Shown: positions 44,498 through 53,690 of the stretch, piece by piece | Numbering within the stretch: position 1 is the stretch's first letter | Layout: every line of letters starts with the position of its first letter | DNA from: an uncultured Acidimicrobiaceae bacterium | GTDB lineage: Bacteria > Actinomycetota > Acidimicrobiia > Acidimicrobiales > RAAP-2 | NCBI GenBank assembly: GCA_963804305.1 | Contig: CAWDPR010000004.1 | Span: forward strand, 121,429 to 185,428 | DNA length: 64,000 nt | Reading direction: 5' to 3' | The notes under the pieces: model-generated | What the model was told of the DNA's origin: nothing | Databases searched by the model: none | What the model saw: the letters and a program-made list of their open reading frames with translations, nothing else | Program-made: the position numbers and the translations under genes

Positions 44498-44749
44498 ATG
44501 AGTACAGAGTGGATGGCAGATGGTAAGTGCCGCGAATACCCAGCGGGGACGTTCTTCCCGCGCGACGGGGTCGGGGTCATCATCGCCCAACGCATCTGTG
44601 CCACGTGCCCGGTCGCCAGTCAGTGCTTGGAGTACGCCCTCGAGAACCACGTCGATCACGGGATCTGGGGTGGCTGCAGCGAGCGCGAACGACGTCGCAT
44701 CCTTCGCGAGCGCCGTCGCCGTCGCATCTTCAATTCCGACGCTTCGTAA
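44498..44749 (+). CDS. WhiB family Fe-S transcriptional regulator
   Basis: C-x(n)-C-x2-C-x5-C is present as GKCREYP...CATCPVASQC. It also has GIWGG followed by a basic tail. An alternative GTG start lies at 44492. Confidence 0.9.
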   Translation: MSTEWMADGKCREYPAGTFFPRDGVGVIIAQRICATCPVASQCLEYALENHVDHGIWGGCSERERRRILRERRRRRIFNSDAS

Positions 44750-44760
44750 CTTCACCTCGC

Positions 44761-45576
44761 GTGTTCGAGTGTGTCATCAACCTTTCCGAGGGGCGCGACG
44801 CGTCGCGAGTGGACGCCCTTGGGGCGACGGCCGGGCCGTCACTTCGCGACCTTCACGCCGATCGTTTCCATAACCGCAGCGTCTTCACACTCATCAACGC
44901 AGCCAACGAACTCACGCGTGACGTCCACGCTCTCGTGGGAGCGGCGTTCACGACCCTCGACCTCACGCGACACGAAGGTGTCCATCCCCGTTTCGGCGTC
45001 GTCGACGTCGTCCCGTTCGTCGCGCTGGCGCCAGGGGACGCCGAAGAAGCCGTGGCGCTTCGCGATGAAACCGCGTCGTGGATCGCCGACACCTTCAACG
45101 TCCCGGTCTTCCTCTACGGACCGGTCGACGGCGCACTACGAACGCTGCCCGAGCTGAGGAAGTCGGCGTTTCGGACCCTCGCACCCGACAAGGGCCCCCA
45201 GCGCGCGAGCGCCACGCTGGGCGCCAGCGCGCTCGGCGCGCGCGGGCTGCTCGTCGCCTGGAACCTGTGGTTGCGAGGCGTCACGCTCGACGAGGCACGA
45301 GGGATCGCCCGAGCGGTCCGGCGCCCTGAAGTTCGTGCCCTGGCCTTCGCGGTCGGCGACGAGGTCCAGGTCAGTTGCAATCTGATCGCGCCACTTGAGG
45401 TTGGGCCGTCGGTCGTCTTCGACCAGGTCGCCTCATTGCTGCGCGGCGCTGGCGCGATCGATCATGCCGAACTCGTCGGACTGGCACCATGGGCGCTCTT
45501 GAAAAGGGAGAGCCCCGAACGGTGGTCCCAGTTGGACCTCAGCCCTGAACGGACGATTGAGAGTCGGCTCGGCTGA
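44761..45576 (+). CDS. Glutamate formimidoyltransferase (FtcD N-terminal domain type)
   Basis: VFECVINLSEGRD...HNRSVFT...HEGVHPRFGVVDVVPFV. The start is GTG 44761; the longer ORF from 44527 overlaps whiB in another frame. Confidence 0.8.
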   Translation: MFECVINLSEGRDASRVDALGATAGPSLRDLHADRFHNRSVFTLINAANELTRDVHALVGAAFTTLDLTRHEGVHPRFGVVDVVPFVALAPGDAEEAVALRDETASWIADTFNVPVFLYGPVDGALRTLPELRKSAFRTLAPDKGPQRASATLGASALGARGLLVAWNLWLRGVTLDEARGIARAVRRPEVRALAFAVGDEVQVSCNLIAPLEVGPSVVFDQVASLLRGAGAIDHAELVGLAPWALLKRESPERWSQLDLSPERTIESRLG

Positions 45577-45577
45577 A

Positions 45578-45835
45578 CTAGCTGGCTTGGGCTCGGCGCT
45601 CGATGGCGCGGGCCCGTCGAAGTCGGCGGCGCTCGCGCTCGCTCATCCCACCCCAAATGCCGAATTTCTCGCCGTTATCGAGGGCGTACTCCAGGCAGTC
45701 CTCACGGGCGACACACCCTCGACACACTTCCTTCGCCTCGCGGGTCGACGCGCCACGTTCTGGGAAGAAAAGGTCGGGATCGACGCCCATGCAGTTCGCG
45801 CGGGCCTGCCAGCCTCGATCTTCCATGCCGCTCAT
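45578..45835 (-). CDS. WhiB family Fe-S transcriptional regulator (second paralog)
   Basis: ARANCMGVDPDLFFPERG...AKEVCRGCVAREDCLEYAL...GIWGGMSERERRRL. It is preceded by a 145-bp AT-rich leader. Confidence 0.9.
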   Translation of the reverse strand: MSGMEDRGWQARANCMGVDPDLFFPERGASTREAKEVCRGCVAREDCLEYALDNGEKFGIWGGMSERERRRLRRARAIERRAQAS

Positions 45836-45980
45836 CAGTTCCACGATTTCCACGTTGTATTCCTTCCCCTCAGCGGTGATCGCCACTGATGTAATTACAA
45901 CGGTGTCATTGTTATTGGAATCGTGACAAAAAGCAAATGGAAATATTGAAATTCCTGATGGCGCTGGTTTTGAGTGAGGT

Positions 45981-47975
45981 TCAACCGGCGCGGCGGTGAC
46001 GAACGAAATCGTCCAGCGCGTAACTGCCGAGTTCGTCGACATCGGTGTAGAACAGTCGCCCGCCGTTCACCTTGGCGATCTGTTCGACGAAGGGGAATTG
46101 GCTGCGTTCGATGTCGAGTGCGAAGGTGTTGATGGTGATGTTGGCCTTCGTGCAGCGAAGTACCTCCGCCATGGTCTTCTCGAGCGTCTCGTGGACCGGC
46201 GGCCAGGCGAAGAAGGGTTCACCGTTGGCGAGCAAGTGGGCGGTGGGCTCGCCGTCGGTCACGACCACGATCTGGCGCTCCCCCCGTTCGTTTCGCATCA
46301 GGTGGCGACTGAGGGCCAGCGCGTGCTGGAGGTTGGTGCCGTAGGCGTAGTCGATAGTGAGCGCCGGGATGTCCTCGATCTTCAGTTCCTGCGCCATCTC
46401 GCCAAAGCCCACGACCGCCACGAAATCACGCGGGAACTTCGAACGGATGAGCGAGGTCAGCGCGAGGACCATCTTCTTGGCCGGCACGAGGTTGCTGCGC
46501 ATCGCCATGGACAGCGACAGGTCAATGGCGAAGACCGTCGCCGAACGACGGGTCGACTCGAACTCCTCCACTTCGAAGTCGTCGACGTGCAACTTCACCG
46601 GTGTGCCGGGCCCCTGGCGCAGGACCGCATTACGCAAGGTCTTGGGAAGGTTCAACGCGAAGGGCTCGCCGGGCATCCACGGTTTGGAGGTCTCCTCACG
46701 GTCCCCACCTCGCGACACGGTCGCCACCCGATGCATGCCGATCGTCGGCGAGTCGCGCAACTGCGCGAAGAGGTCGCGAAGGGCCTGTTGACCGATCTGG
46801 CGCACGCCCTTGGGCGTCAGGTGCAACTGCTGTCCCTGACGGTCGACGAATCCCTGGTCCTTCAGACCCTGCAGGGCCTTTTGCAATCGAGCGACGTGGC
46901 GCGCCGCGTCGTCGCCAAGATTGCGCCGCACCGACTCGATGTCCACCTCTGGCAGTCCCTGCGCGGCGCTTGACTGACCGAGGAACTCCTCGAGCCCCTT
47001 CAACTGGCCCAGTTGTTCGGCGATGGAGGCGCTTTGGGCGAAGGGGCCGCCGTCGTCCCCGCGCATCCGATGGGCCCGGTTCCAGTCGATGTCGGGCGTC
47101 GCCATGCGCAAGTTCGAGACGAGTCGGTTCAATGAGAAGTTCAACTCCATGTTCTCCATCATCTGAGAGAACATGTTGCGCAGTTCGCCCTGCTGTTCGG
47201 GCGAGAGCGAATTGAACATCGCCTCGGCCGCGGCGGCACGCTCCGCCATCATCCGCACCACGTCATCGAGGTTCTCCGCGCCAGGAAAGAAGTCGCCGAA
47301 CTTCTCCATGAAGTCCTCGAAACTCGGGTCGAGGTCTTCGCCGCGCCGATCCTGCTCGATCATGGTCGACAGCGCATCCATCATGTCGCGCATCCGGGCG
47401 AGCTCTTCGGGGTCGGGCCGGCCCATCATCTCTTTGCTCTTCTCGAAGTACGTGTCGAGGACGTCGCGTTCGAGTTCCGCCATCAGTTCATCGAACTGCT
47501 CGCGCGCCTCGGTCGAGACGAATTCGTAGTTGCGATAGTTGCCGAGTCGATCACTCAGGCGGTCGCTCATCAGGTCCTGTTGCATCTTCTTCTGTTCGAC
47601 GAGGTCACGCGTCACGTCCTTTCGACGTTCGTCGTCACTCTCCTCGGCTTCAGCCAGCAAGGTGTCGAGTTCCGCGTTCTCGAGCGCCTCGATCTCGTCC
47701 AACCAATCGCGATAGCGCTGCATCTCGCCGTCGGGGTCGGCCTGCTGTTCGAGTTCGCGCCGCTTGGCGCGCGTCTGTTCGAGGAGGTCGCGCAGACCTT
47801 GGATGCGCTCGCCGTCGGCGGTAGTGAATCCCTCGCGCAGCAATCGGTCCATCGCCTCTTCGAGGTCGCCGTTCTCCATGAAGTCATCGGCGAGCATCCG
47901 CAACATCTCTTCGACGTCGAGGTCGTCGAAGTCGTCGTCCTCACCGAAGCGACGAAAACCGTAGCGAACCGCCAC
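45981..47975 (-). CDS. VWA domain protein (CoxE/MoxR-partner type)
   Basis: The C-terminal VWA has the MIDAS motif DLSLSM ... VVVTDGEPT. The N-terminal region is acidic and helical. The GTG start overlaps the stop of the AAA+ gene (TAGTG). Confidence 0.85.
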   Translation of the reverse strand: MAVRYGFRRFGEDDDFDDLDVEEMLRMLADDFMENGDLEEAMDRLLREGFTTADGERIQGLRDLLEQTRAKRRELEQQADPDGEMQRYRDWLDEIEALENAELDTLLAEAEESDDERRKDVTRDLVEQKKMQQDLMSDRLSDRLGNYRNYEFVSTEAREQFDELMAELERDVLDTYFEKSKEMMGRPDPEELARMRDMMDALSTMIEQDRRGEDLDPSFEDFMEKFGDFFPGAENLDDVVRMMAERAAAAEAMFNSLSPEQQGELRNMFSQMMENMELNFSLNRLVSNLRMATPDIDWNRAHRMRGDDGGPFAQSASIAEQLGQLKGLEEFLGQSSAAQGLPEVDIESVRRNLGDDAARHVARLQKALQGLKDQGFVDRQGQQLHLTPKGVRQIGQQALRDLFAQLRDSPTIGMHRVATVSRGGDREETSKPWMPGEPFALNLPKTLRNAVLRQGPGTPVKLHVDDFEVEEFESTRRSATVFAIDLSLSMAMRSNLVPAKKMVLALTSLIRSKFPRDFVAVVGFGEMAQELKIEDIPALTIDYAYGTNLQHALALSRHLMRNERGERQIVVVTDGEPTAHLLANGEPFFAWPPVHETLEKTMAEVLRCTKANITINTFALDIERSQFPFVEQIAKVNGGRLFYTDVDELGSYALDDFVRHRRAG

Positions 47976-49399
47976 TAACGGTTCCTCGAGCGGTAGAGCG
48001 CCCGCGCACCCGAAGCGTCCTTCGCCAGGCGTTTGGTCAGATAGAGCCCCTCAAGGACGAACTCGACCGCCGAGGCCAGCTCTCCATCGGTGGCCGACGG
48101 TCCGGCGATTCGCCGAGCGGGGGCGTCGAGCGCGGGCATGGCCGCCAACACCGCAATGTAGTCGCGATCAGGTAGATCATCGCCGGTGTGCACGAGCGCT
48201 TCGGTGTTGAACGCCTCGACGATCTCGGGTGCCTCCTCCAACAAGACGTGCTCGGCGAAGCATTGGCGCACCGAGAGCGACACCAGAGCCGCGATGACCT
48301 GGTCCGAATCACTGTCGTCCATCGTGTCGAACTCGAGTTTGCCCTGCGTGGACTGCACCAAGGCGCTGAGGTCGCTCACACGCGGCACGACCGACGCGTC
48401 GTGGGTACGCAGTGTTCGCCGAAGCGCGTTGGCGACGACGATCTCGTAGTTCGCGATCGAGAGTCGCACCGAGACGCCGGAACTCTGCGAGATGACGTGG
48501 CTCTTGCGGGCGACGTGGCTGACGCGCGCCACGATGTCGTCGATGAACCACGGCACCTTGATCGGCACGGGTGACGTCGGGAGCTTGGCCTCCTGGTGGA
48601 CGATCGCGATCTCGGTCGTCAGTTCGTAGGGGTAGTGCGTGCGGATCTGGGAACCGAAGCGGTCCTTCAGCGGCGTGATCAATCGCCCGCGGTTGGTGTA
48701 GTCCTCGGGGTTCGCCGTGGCGACGACCAGGACGTCGAGGTCGAGGCGCACGAGGTGGCCGCGGATCTGCACGTCGCGCTCTTCGAGAACGTTGAGGAGT
48801 CCGACCTGGATTCGCTCGGCCAGGTCGGGCAGCTCGTTCATGGCGAAGATGCCGCGGTTGGACTTGGGCACGAGCCCGTAGGAGAGCGCCTTGGGGTCGT
48901 CGAGGAACAGTCCGCCCGCCACCTTGATCGGGTCGACCTCACCGATGAGGTCGGCCATCGACGTGTCGGGCGACGCCAACTTCTCGGCGAAGCGCTGACT
49001 TCGATGGATCCACGTGACCGGCGTCTCCTCACCCTTCTGCGCCACCAGATCGATCGCGTAGGCCGAGATCGGGGCGAACGGGTCGTCGCGAACTTCCGAG
49101 CCCTGCACAATGGGTAGCCACTCGTCGAGGAGTTCGACGAGGGAGCGGATCATTCGCGTCTTCGCCTGTCCGCGCTCACCCAGCATGATGATGTCGTGTC
49201 CGGCCAAGAGCGCCGTCTCTAGTTGCGGCAGCACCGTGTCGTCGTAGCCGAGCACGTCGGAGGTCAACGCGACGCCGTCGCTCAATCGCTGCTCGAGGTT
49301 CGCACGAATCTCCTCGCGCACCGACCGCGGCACGTAACTCGACGCTCGAAGCGCTCCAAGCGTGGTGGGGAGATCAGTGGGGGCAAGAGGGGTGGGCAT
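47975..49399 (-). CDS. AAA+ ATPase, Mg-chelatase ChlI/MoxR-like
   Basis: Walker A-like LGERGQAKT, Walker B IFAMNELPDL, and sensor region VVATANPEDY..RG. Confidence 0.8.
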   Translation of the reverse strand: MPTPLAPTDLPTTLGALRASSYVPRSVREEIRANLEQRLSDGVALTSDVLGYDDTVLPQLETALLAGHDIIMLGERGQAKTRMIRSLVELLDEWLPIVQGSEVRDDPFAPISAYAIDLVAQKGEETPVTWIHRSQRFAEKLASPDTSMADLIGEVDPIKVAGGLFLDDPKALSYGLVPKSNRGIFAMNELPDLAERIQVGLLNVLEERDVQIRGHLVRLDLDVLVVATANPEDYTNRGRLITPLKDRFGSQIRTHYPYELTTEIAIVHQEAKLPTSPVPIKVPWFIDDIVARVSHVARKSHVISQSSGVSVRLSIANYEIVVANALRRTLRTHDASVVPRVSDLSALVQSTQGKLEFDTMDDSDSDQVIAALVSLSVRQCFAEHVLLEEAPEIVEAFNTEALVHTGDDLPDRDYIAVLAAMPALDAPARRIAGPSATDGELASAVEFVLEGLYLTKRLAKDASGARALYRSRNR

Positions 49400-49496
49400 G
49401 ACGCCACTTTACGGGTTGGCAAATGGCTTTCGTTCTCGCCCATTTGTCGCTTCTCGCACCGTGCGACGCGCACTGCGTTGGCACTTCGACCGGTGT

Positions 49497-50312
49497 TTAG
49501 CGCGTCGCGATGAAGGCGCCCACGTCCTTGGTGACCCTCAACACGCCACCGTGTTCGACCATGCCCGCTTCGATCACGTGACGAAGCGCCGATACCTGGT
49601 CCTCGGTGGCCTCCTCGCCCGGCGGCGTCGAGCAGATGTACGCGAGCACGTCATCGACGTCCGTGCAGTGCAGCTCGTCGTCGTAATGGTGCCACGCCAC
49701 CGCGTCAAAGAACGGGGCCAGCAGTTCGCGTCCGTTCTGCGCCCCGAACACCTCGTGGTGACGAAGGACCCGCGTGGGACCAAAGACCGACGCCTCGATA
49801 CGAAACAGTTCGCGAAGATGACCGGGGCCGACGGTCGACGCCATGAGCACGCCACCTCGACGGAGCACTCGCGCGATTTCGAACAACGCGAGTGCGGGAT
49901 CGGGTACGTGGTACAGCATCTGGTTCGCGATCACGACGTCGAACGACTCGTCGGCGAAGGGCAACGTTTGCGCGTCCGCCGCGAGTCCTGCGGCTGCGGG
50001 GATGGTCGCGCCAACCACCGGCAGCGTCTCGGCCACCATGCCCGCGGCGAGGTCGCTCAGCGTGAGCGAGAAGTCGTGATCACCCCTCGTCCATCCGCCA
50101 CTCCACAACAGTCCGGTGCCACACCCGACCTCGAGGACCGAACCACCGTGCGGTATCTCGATGAGGCCCTGCAGCCACACGGGCCACGCGACGCTCTGGA
50201 TCGCGTACTTCGCGTGCAGCTGCGTCCGAGCTCGCAGTTTCTCGCCATCGACGTACTGGACCGTGCGCAAGTACGCCTGATCTCGGTTGACGAACCGATC
50301 CGGTGACGTCAT
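49497..50312 (-). CDS. Class I SAM-dependent methyltransferase
   Basis: VLEVGCGTGLL is motif I, followed by FDVVIANQMLYHV. ATG 50312 overlaps the GNAT stop. Confidence 0.85.
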   Translation of the reverse strand: MTSPDRFVNRDQAYLRTVQYVDGEKLRARTQLHAKYAIQSVAWPVWLQGLIEIPHGGSVLEVGCGTGLLWSGGWTRGDHDFSLTLSDLAAGMVAETLPVVGATIPAAAGLAADAQTLPFADESFDVVIANQMLYHVPDPALALFEIARVLRRGGVLMASTVGPGHLRELFRIEASVFGPTRVLRHHEVFGAQNGRELLAPFFDAVAWHHYDDELHCTDVDDVLAYICSTPPGEEATEDQVSALRHVIEAGMVEHGGVLRVTKDVGAFIATR

Positions 50313-50809
50313 CAGTACTCGAGGTACATGATGGTCAGCCCGACCGGCCCCCGCGACGCCGAGTCGAACGCCCGCGGGACCGTGCCCACGACAGAGAAAC
50401 CCAGGTGTCGATACAGCTCGATCGCGTGTTCGTTGGTCGAGACCACGGCGTTGAACTGCATGGCGGCAAATCCCAACTCCTTCGTGCGCGCGATGGCGTA
50501 TTCGCACAGCGCACGCCCGACGCCGCGTCCGCGCGCGTCGCTCGCGACCATGAAGCTGGCCGTGGACACGTGTGCGCCGCGCCCGGCGCGATTCGGTCCG
50601 TACTTGGCCGTCCCCACGACAACCCCGTCGATCAGCGCCACGACGCTCTCGCCCGGCGGACCCTCGACCCAGAGCACCCTCGCCTCGTCCGAGGTCAGGT
50701 CGTCGGGGTAGGCGTAGGTCTCGCCTTGGGCGACGACGTCGCAAAAGATCGCGTAGACCGCCGGCCAGTCGGCGATGACGATGCGACGGATGGTGACGGA
50801 ATCGGTCAC
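50312..50809 (-). CDS. GNAT family N-acetyltransferase
   Basis: The acetyl-CoA motif region is ARGRGVGRALC. Confidence 0.85.
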   Translation of the reverse strand: MTDSVTIRRIVIADWPAVYAIFCDVVAQGETYAYPDDLTSDEARVLWVEGPPGESVVALIDGVVVGTAKYGPNRAGRGAHVSTASFMVASDARGRGVGRALCEYAIARTKELGFAAMQFNAVVSTNEHAIELYRHLGFSVVGTVPRAFDSASRGPVGLTIMYLEY

Positions 50810-50866
50810 CAGGTCATGCTCTCACAGACGCCCGCGCGCCGTTCCGTTGACCCGACGCGAGGTCGG

Positions 50867-52024
50867 TCAATCACACAAGACGTGGCGCACGACCGCAGCG
50901 CCCACCCGGTACGCCACGTGCGCGCTGCGCGGCGCGTCGAGCACGATCAGGTGGGCTCGCGCCCCGGGTGAGAGGTGCCCGATGTCGTCGCGTCGCAGGG
51001 CGAGCGCGCCACCTCGCGTCGCCGCCCACAACGCCTCGTCGACGGTCATGCCCATCTCGCGAACGGCGAGGGCGATCACGACGCCCATGTTCGTGACGTA
51101 CGACGTCCCCGGATTGCAGTCGGTGGCCAGTGCGACGGTGACGCCCGCGTCGAGGAAGCGCCGCGCCGACGGGTACGCGGACTTCGTGGAGAACTCCGCC
51201 CCGGGCAGGAGCGTGGCCACGGTCCGAGAGGCGCCGAGCACGTCAAGGTCAGCGTCGTTGACGTGCGAACAGTGGTCGACGCTCGCGGCGTCGAGTTCTA
51301 CGGCCAGCGCGACCCCGCCCGTGTCGCCGAGTTGGTTGCCGTGCACGCGCACGCCGAGTCCGGCGTCGCGTGCACGCAGCAGTATCGATCGCGCCTCGTC
51401 GACGCTGAACGCGCCCTCATCGCAGAACACGTCCGCCCAGCGCGCGAACGGGGCGCACGACGCGAGCATCGCACCCGCGACGAGCTCCACGTAGGCGTCG
51501 CGGTCGTGGGCGAACTCTCTCGGCACGACGTGCGCCCCGAGAAAGGTCACCTCGTCACTCTGCTCCTTCGCGAGCCGGACCAGTCGTGTCTCACCCTCGA
51601 GCGTCAACTCGTAGCCCGACTTGATCTCTATCGTGGTGACGCCACTGGCGCGAAGGGCGTCGACTCGCCGCCGTGTCGCTGCGCGCAGTTCGTCACTTGT
51701 CGCCGCTCGCGTCGCATCGACGGTTCGCACGATGCCACCACCGTCGTAACGCTCGCCGGCCATACGCGCCTCGAATTCGTCGGACCGCTCGCCCGCGAAG
51801 ACGAGGTGGGTGTGCGAGTCGACGTAGCCCGGCAGCACCGCACATCCCGATGCGTCGAGTCGTTCGTCGGCGTCGGGCGCGTCGGCGTTGGCCCCCACCC
51901 ACAGGACCTGATGTTCATCGAGCACCACGGCGGCGTCGAAGAGCCGACCCATTGGTGACTCGTCGCCCAACGTCTCGTCATTCGTCGTCAGTTCCGCGAT
52001 GTTGACAATCACGCGAGTGGTCAT
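50867..52024 (-). CDS. hutI: Imidazolonepropionase
   Basis: LPGYVDSHTHLVFAG.R..EF ... GGGI ... VHGNQL ... ATDCNPG. The start at MTTRVIV lies 1 bp after the hutU stop. Confidence 0.9.
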   Translation of the reverse strand: MTTRVIVNIAELTTNDETLGDESPMGRLFDAAVVLDEHQVLWVGANADAPDADERLDASGCAVLPGYVDSHTHLVFAGERSDEFEARMAGERYDGGGIVRTVDATRAATSDELRAATRRRVDALRASGVTTIEIKSGYELTLEGETRLVRLAKEQSDEVTFLGAHVVPREFAHDRDAYVELVAGAMLASCAPFARWADVFCDEGAFSVDEARSILLRARDAGLGVRVHGNQLGDTGGVALAVELDAASVDHCSHVNDADLDVLGASRTVATLLPGAEFSTKSAYPSARRFLDAGVTVALATDCNPGTSYVTNMGVVIALAVREMGMTVDEALWAATRGGALALRRDDIGHLSPGARAHLIVLDAPRSAHVAYRVGAAVVRHVLCD

Positions 52025-52025
52025 C

Positions 52026-53681
52026 TCAACCTTCGCGCATGGGAATGCGCACGCCTCGCTCCTCGGCGGTCGCTTCAGCGACCTCGTACCCCGCGTCGAC
52101 GTGGCGGATGACCCCCATACCGGGGTCGTTCGTGAGCACGCGCGCCAGCTTCTGTGCCGAGAGTTCCGTCCCGTCAGCGACGCAGACCTGTCCGGCGTGG
52201 ATCGAACGTCCGATCCCCACGCCGCCACCGTGGTGGATCGAGACCCACGTCGCCCCCGACGCCGTGTTCACGAGTGCGTTGAGCAACGGCCAGTCCGCAA
52301 TCGCGTCAGATCCGTCGAGCATCGACTCGGTCTCGCGATAGGGCGAGGCCACCGAACCGCTGTCGAGGTGATCGCGACCAATGACGATGGGTGCCGACAC
52401 CTCGCCGTTCGCCACCAGATCGTTGAAGGCGAGGCCGGCCTTGTCGCGTTCCCCGTAGCCGAGCCAGCAGATCCTCGCCGGCAGTCCCTGGAACGCGACG
52501 CGGTCCTGCGCCTTGGTGATCCAGCGACGCAGTGCGTCGTTCTCGGGGAAGAGGTCGAGCACGGCCTGGTCGGTGCGCGCGATGTCCTTGGGGTCCCCCG
52601 ACAGCGCCGCCCACCGGAACGGTCCCTTGCCCTCGCAAAAGAGCGGTCGCAGGTACTCGGGCACGAAACCGGGGAACTCGAAGGCCCGCTCGTAACCGCC
52701 GAGCTGCGCCTCGCCGCGGATGGAGTTGCCGTAGTCGAAGACCTCGGCGCCGGCGTCCTTGAACCCGACCATCGCCTCGACCTGCTTCGCCATTGACTGA
52801 CGCGCCCGGTCGGTGAACTCCTCGGGCTTCTTGTCGGCGTAGTCGTGCCAGTCAGCGAGGTCGATGCCCTCGGGCAGATAGCTGAGCGGGTCGTGGGCCG
52901 ACGTCTGGTCGGTGACGATGTCGACCTCGACGCCGCGCGCGAGTAACTCGGCGAAGATCGTCGCGGCGTTGCCCACGAGTCCGACGCTCAGGGCCACGCG
53001 GTCGCGTTTGGCCGCTTCGACTCGTGCGACGGCCTCGTCGATGTCCGCGGTCCATTCGTCGAGGTAGCGCTGGTCAACACGCCGTTGGAGTCGCGTCGGG
53101 TCGACGTCGACGCAGAGGCACACCCCGTCGTTCATCGTGACCGCCAGTGGTTGGGCGCCGCCCATGCCCCCGCACCCACCCGTAAGCGTCAGCGTGCCGG
53201 CCAACGTCCCGTTGAAGTGACGGTTCGCCACCGCCGAGAAGGTCTCGTAGGTCCCCTGCAGGATCCCCTGGGTGCCGATGTAGATCCACGAACCGGCCGT
53301 CATCTGGCCGTACATCGTGAGTCCGAGCGCCTCGAGTCGACGGAACTCGGGCCACGTCGCCCAGTCGCCGACCAGGTTGGAGTTCGCGATGAGCACGCGC
53401 GGGGCCCATTCGTGCGTCGAGAAGACGCCGACCGGTCGTCCCGACTGCACCAGCATCGTCTCGTCGCCCTTCAGCGTGCGCAGCGTGCGCACGAGGGCGT
53501 CGAAACTCCTCCAGTCGCGCGCGGCGCGACCCGTGCCGCCGTAGACGACGAGGTCGTCGGGCCGTTCGGCGACCTCGGGATCGAGGTTGTTCTGCAGCAT
53601 CCGCAGGGCGCCCTCCTGGCCCCAGCCGAGCGTGGACAGTGACGGGCCGCGGTCGGCTCGAACGGGACGTGCACCTTCCAT
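52026..53681 (-). CDS. hutU: Urocanate hydratase
   Basis: [13 protein letters not shown] ... [15 protein letters not shown] ... the protein matches urocanase motifs along its full 551 aa. Confidence 0.95.
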   Translation of the reverse strand: MEGARPVRADRGPSLSTLGWGQEGALRMLQNNLDPEVAERPDDLVVYGGTGRAARDWRSFDALVRTLRTLKGDETMLVQSGRPVGVFSTHEWAPRVLIANSNLVGDWATWPEFRRLEALGLTMYGQMTAGSWIYIGTQGILQGTYETFSAVANRHFNGTLAGTLTLTGGCGGMGGAQPLAVTMNDGVCLCVDVDPTRLQRRVDQRYLDEWTADIDEAVARVEAAKRDRVALSVGLVGNAATIFAELLARGVEVDIVTDQTSAHDPLSYLPEGIDLADWHDYADKKPEEFTDRARQSMAKQVEAMVGFKDAGAEVFDYGNSIRGEAQLGGYERAFEFPGFVPEYLRPLFCEGKGPFRWAALSGDPKDIARTDQAVLDLFPENDALRRWITKAQDRVAFQGLPARICWLGYGERDKAGLAFNDLVANGEVSAPIVIGRDHLDSGSVASPYRETESMLDGSDAIADWPLLNALVNTASGATWVSIHHGGGVGIGRSIHAGQVCVADGTELSAQKLARVLTNDPGMGVIRHVDAGYEVAEATAEERGVRIPMREG

Positions 53682-53690
53682 GTTGCTGTT

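Noticed and set aside
44527-44760. 5' extension of the formimidoyltransferase ORF overlapping whiB
   Set aside because: The extension reads the whiB region in another frame and gives a Pro/Arg-rich translation. The family-typical N-terminus VFECVINLSEGR starts at GTG 44761, 12 bp after the whiB stop.
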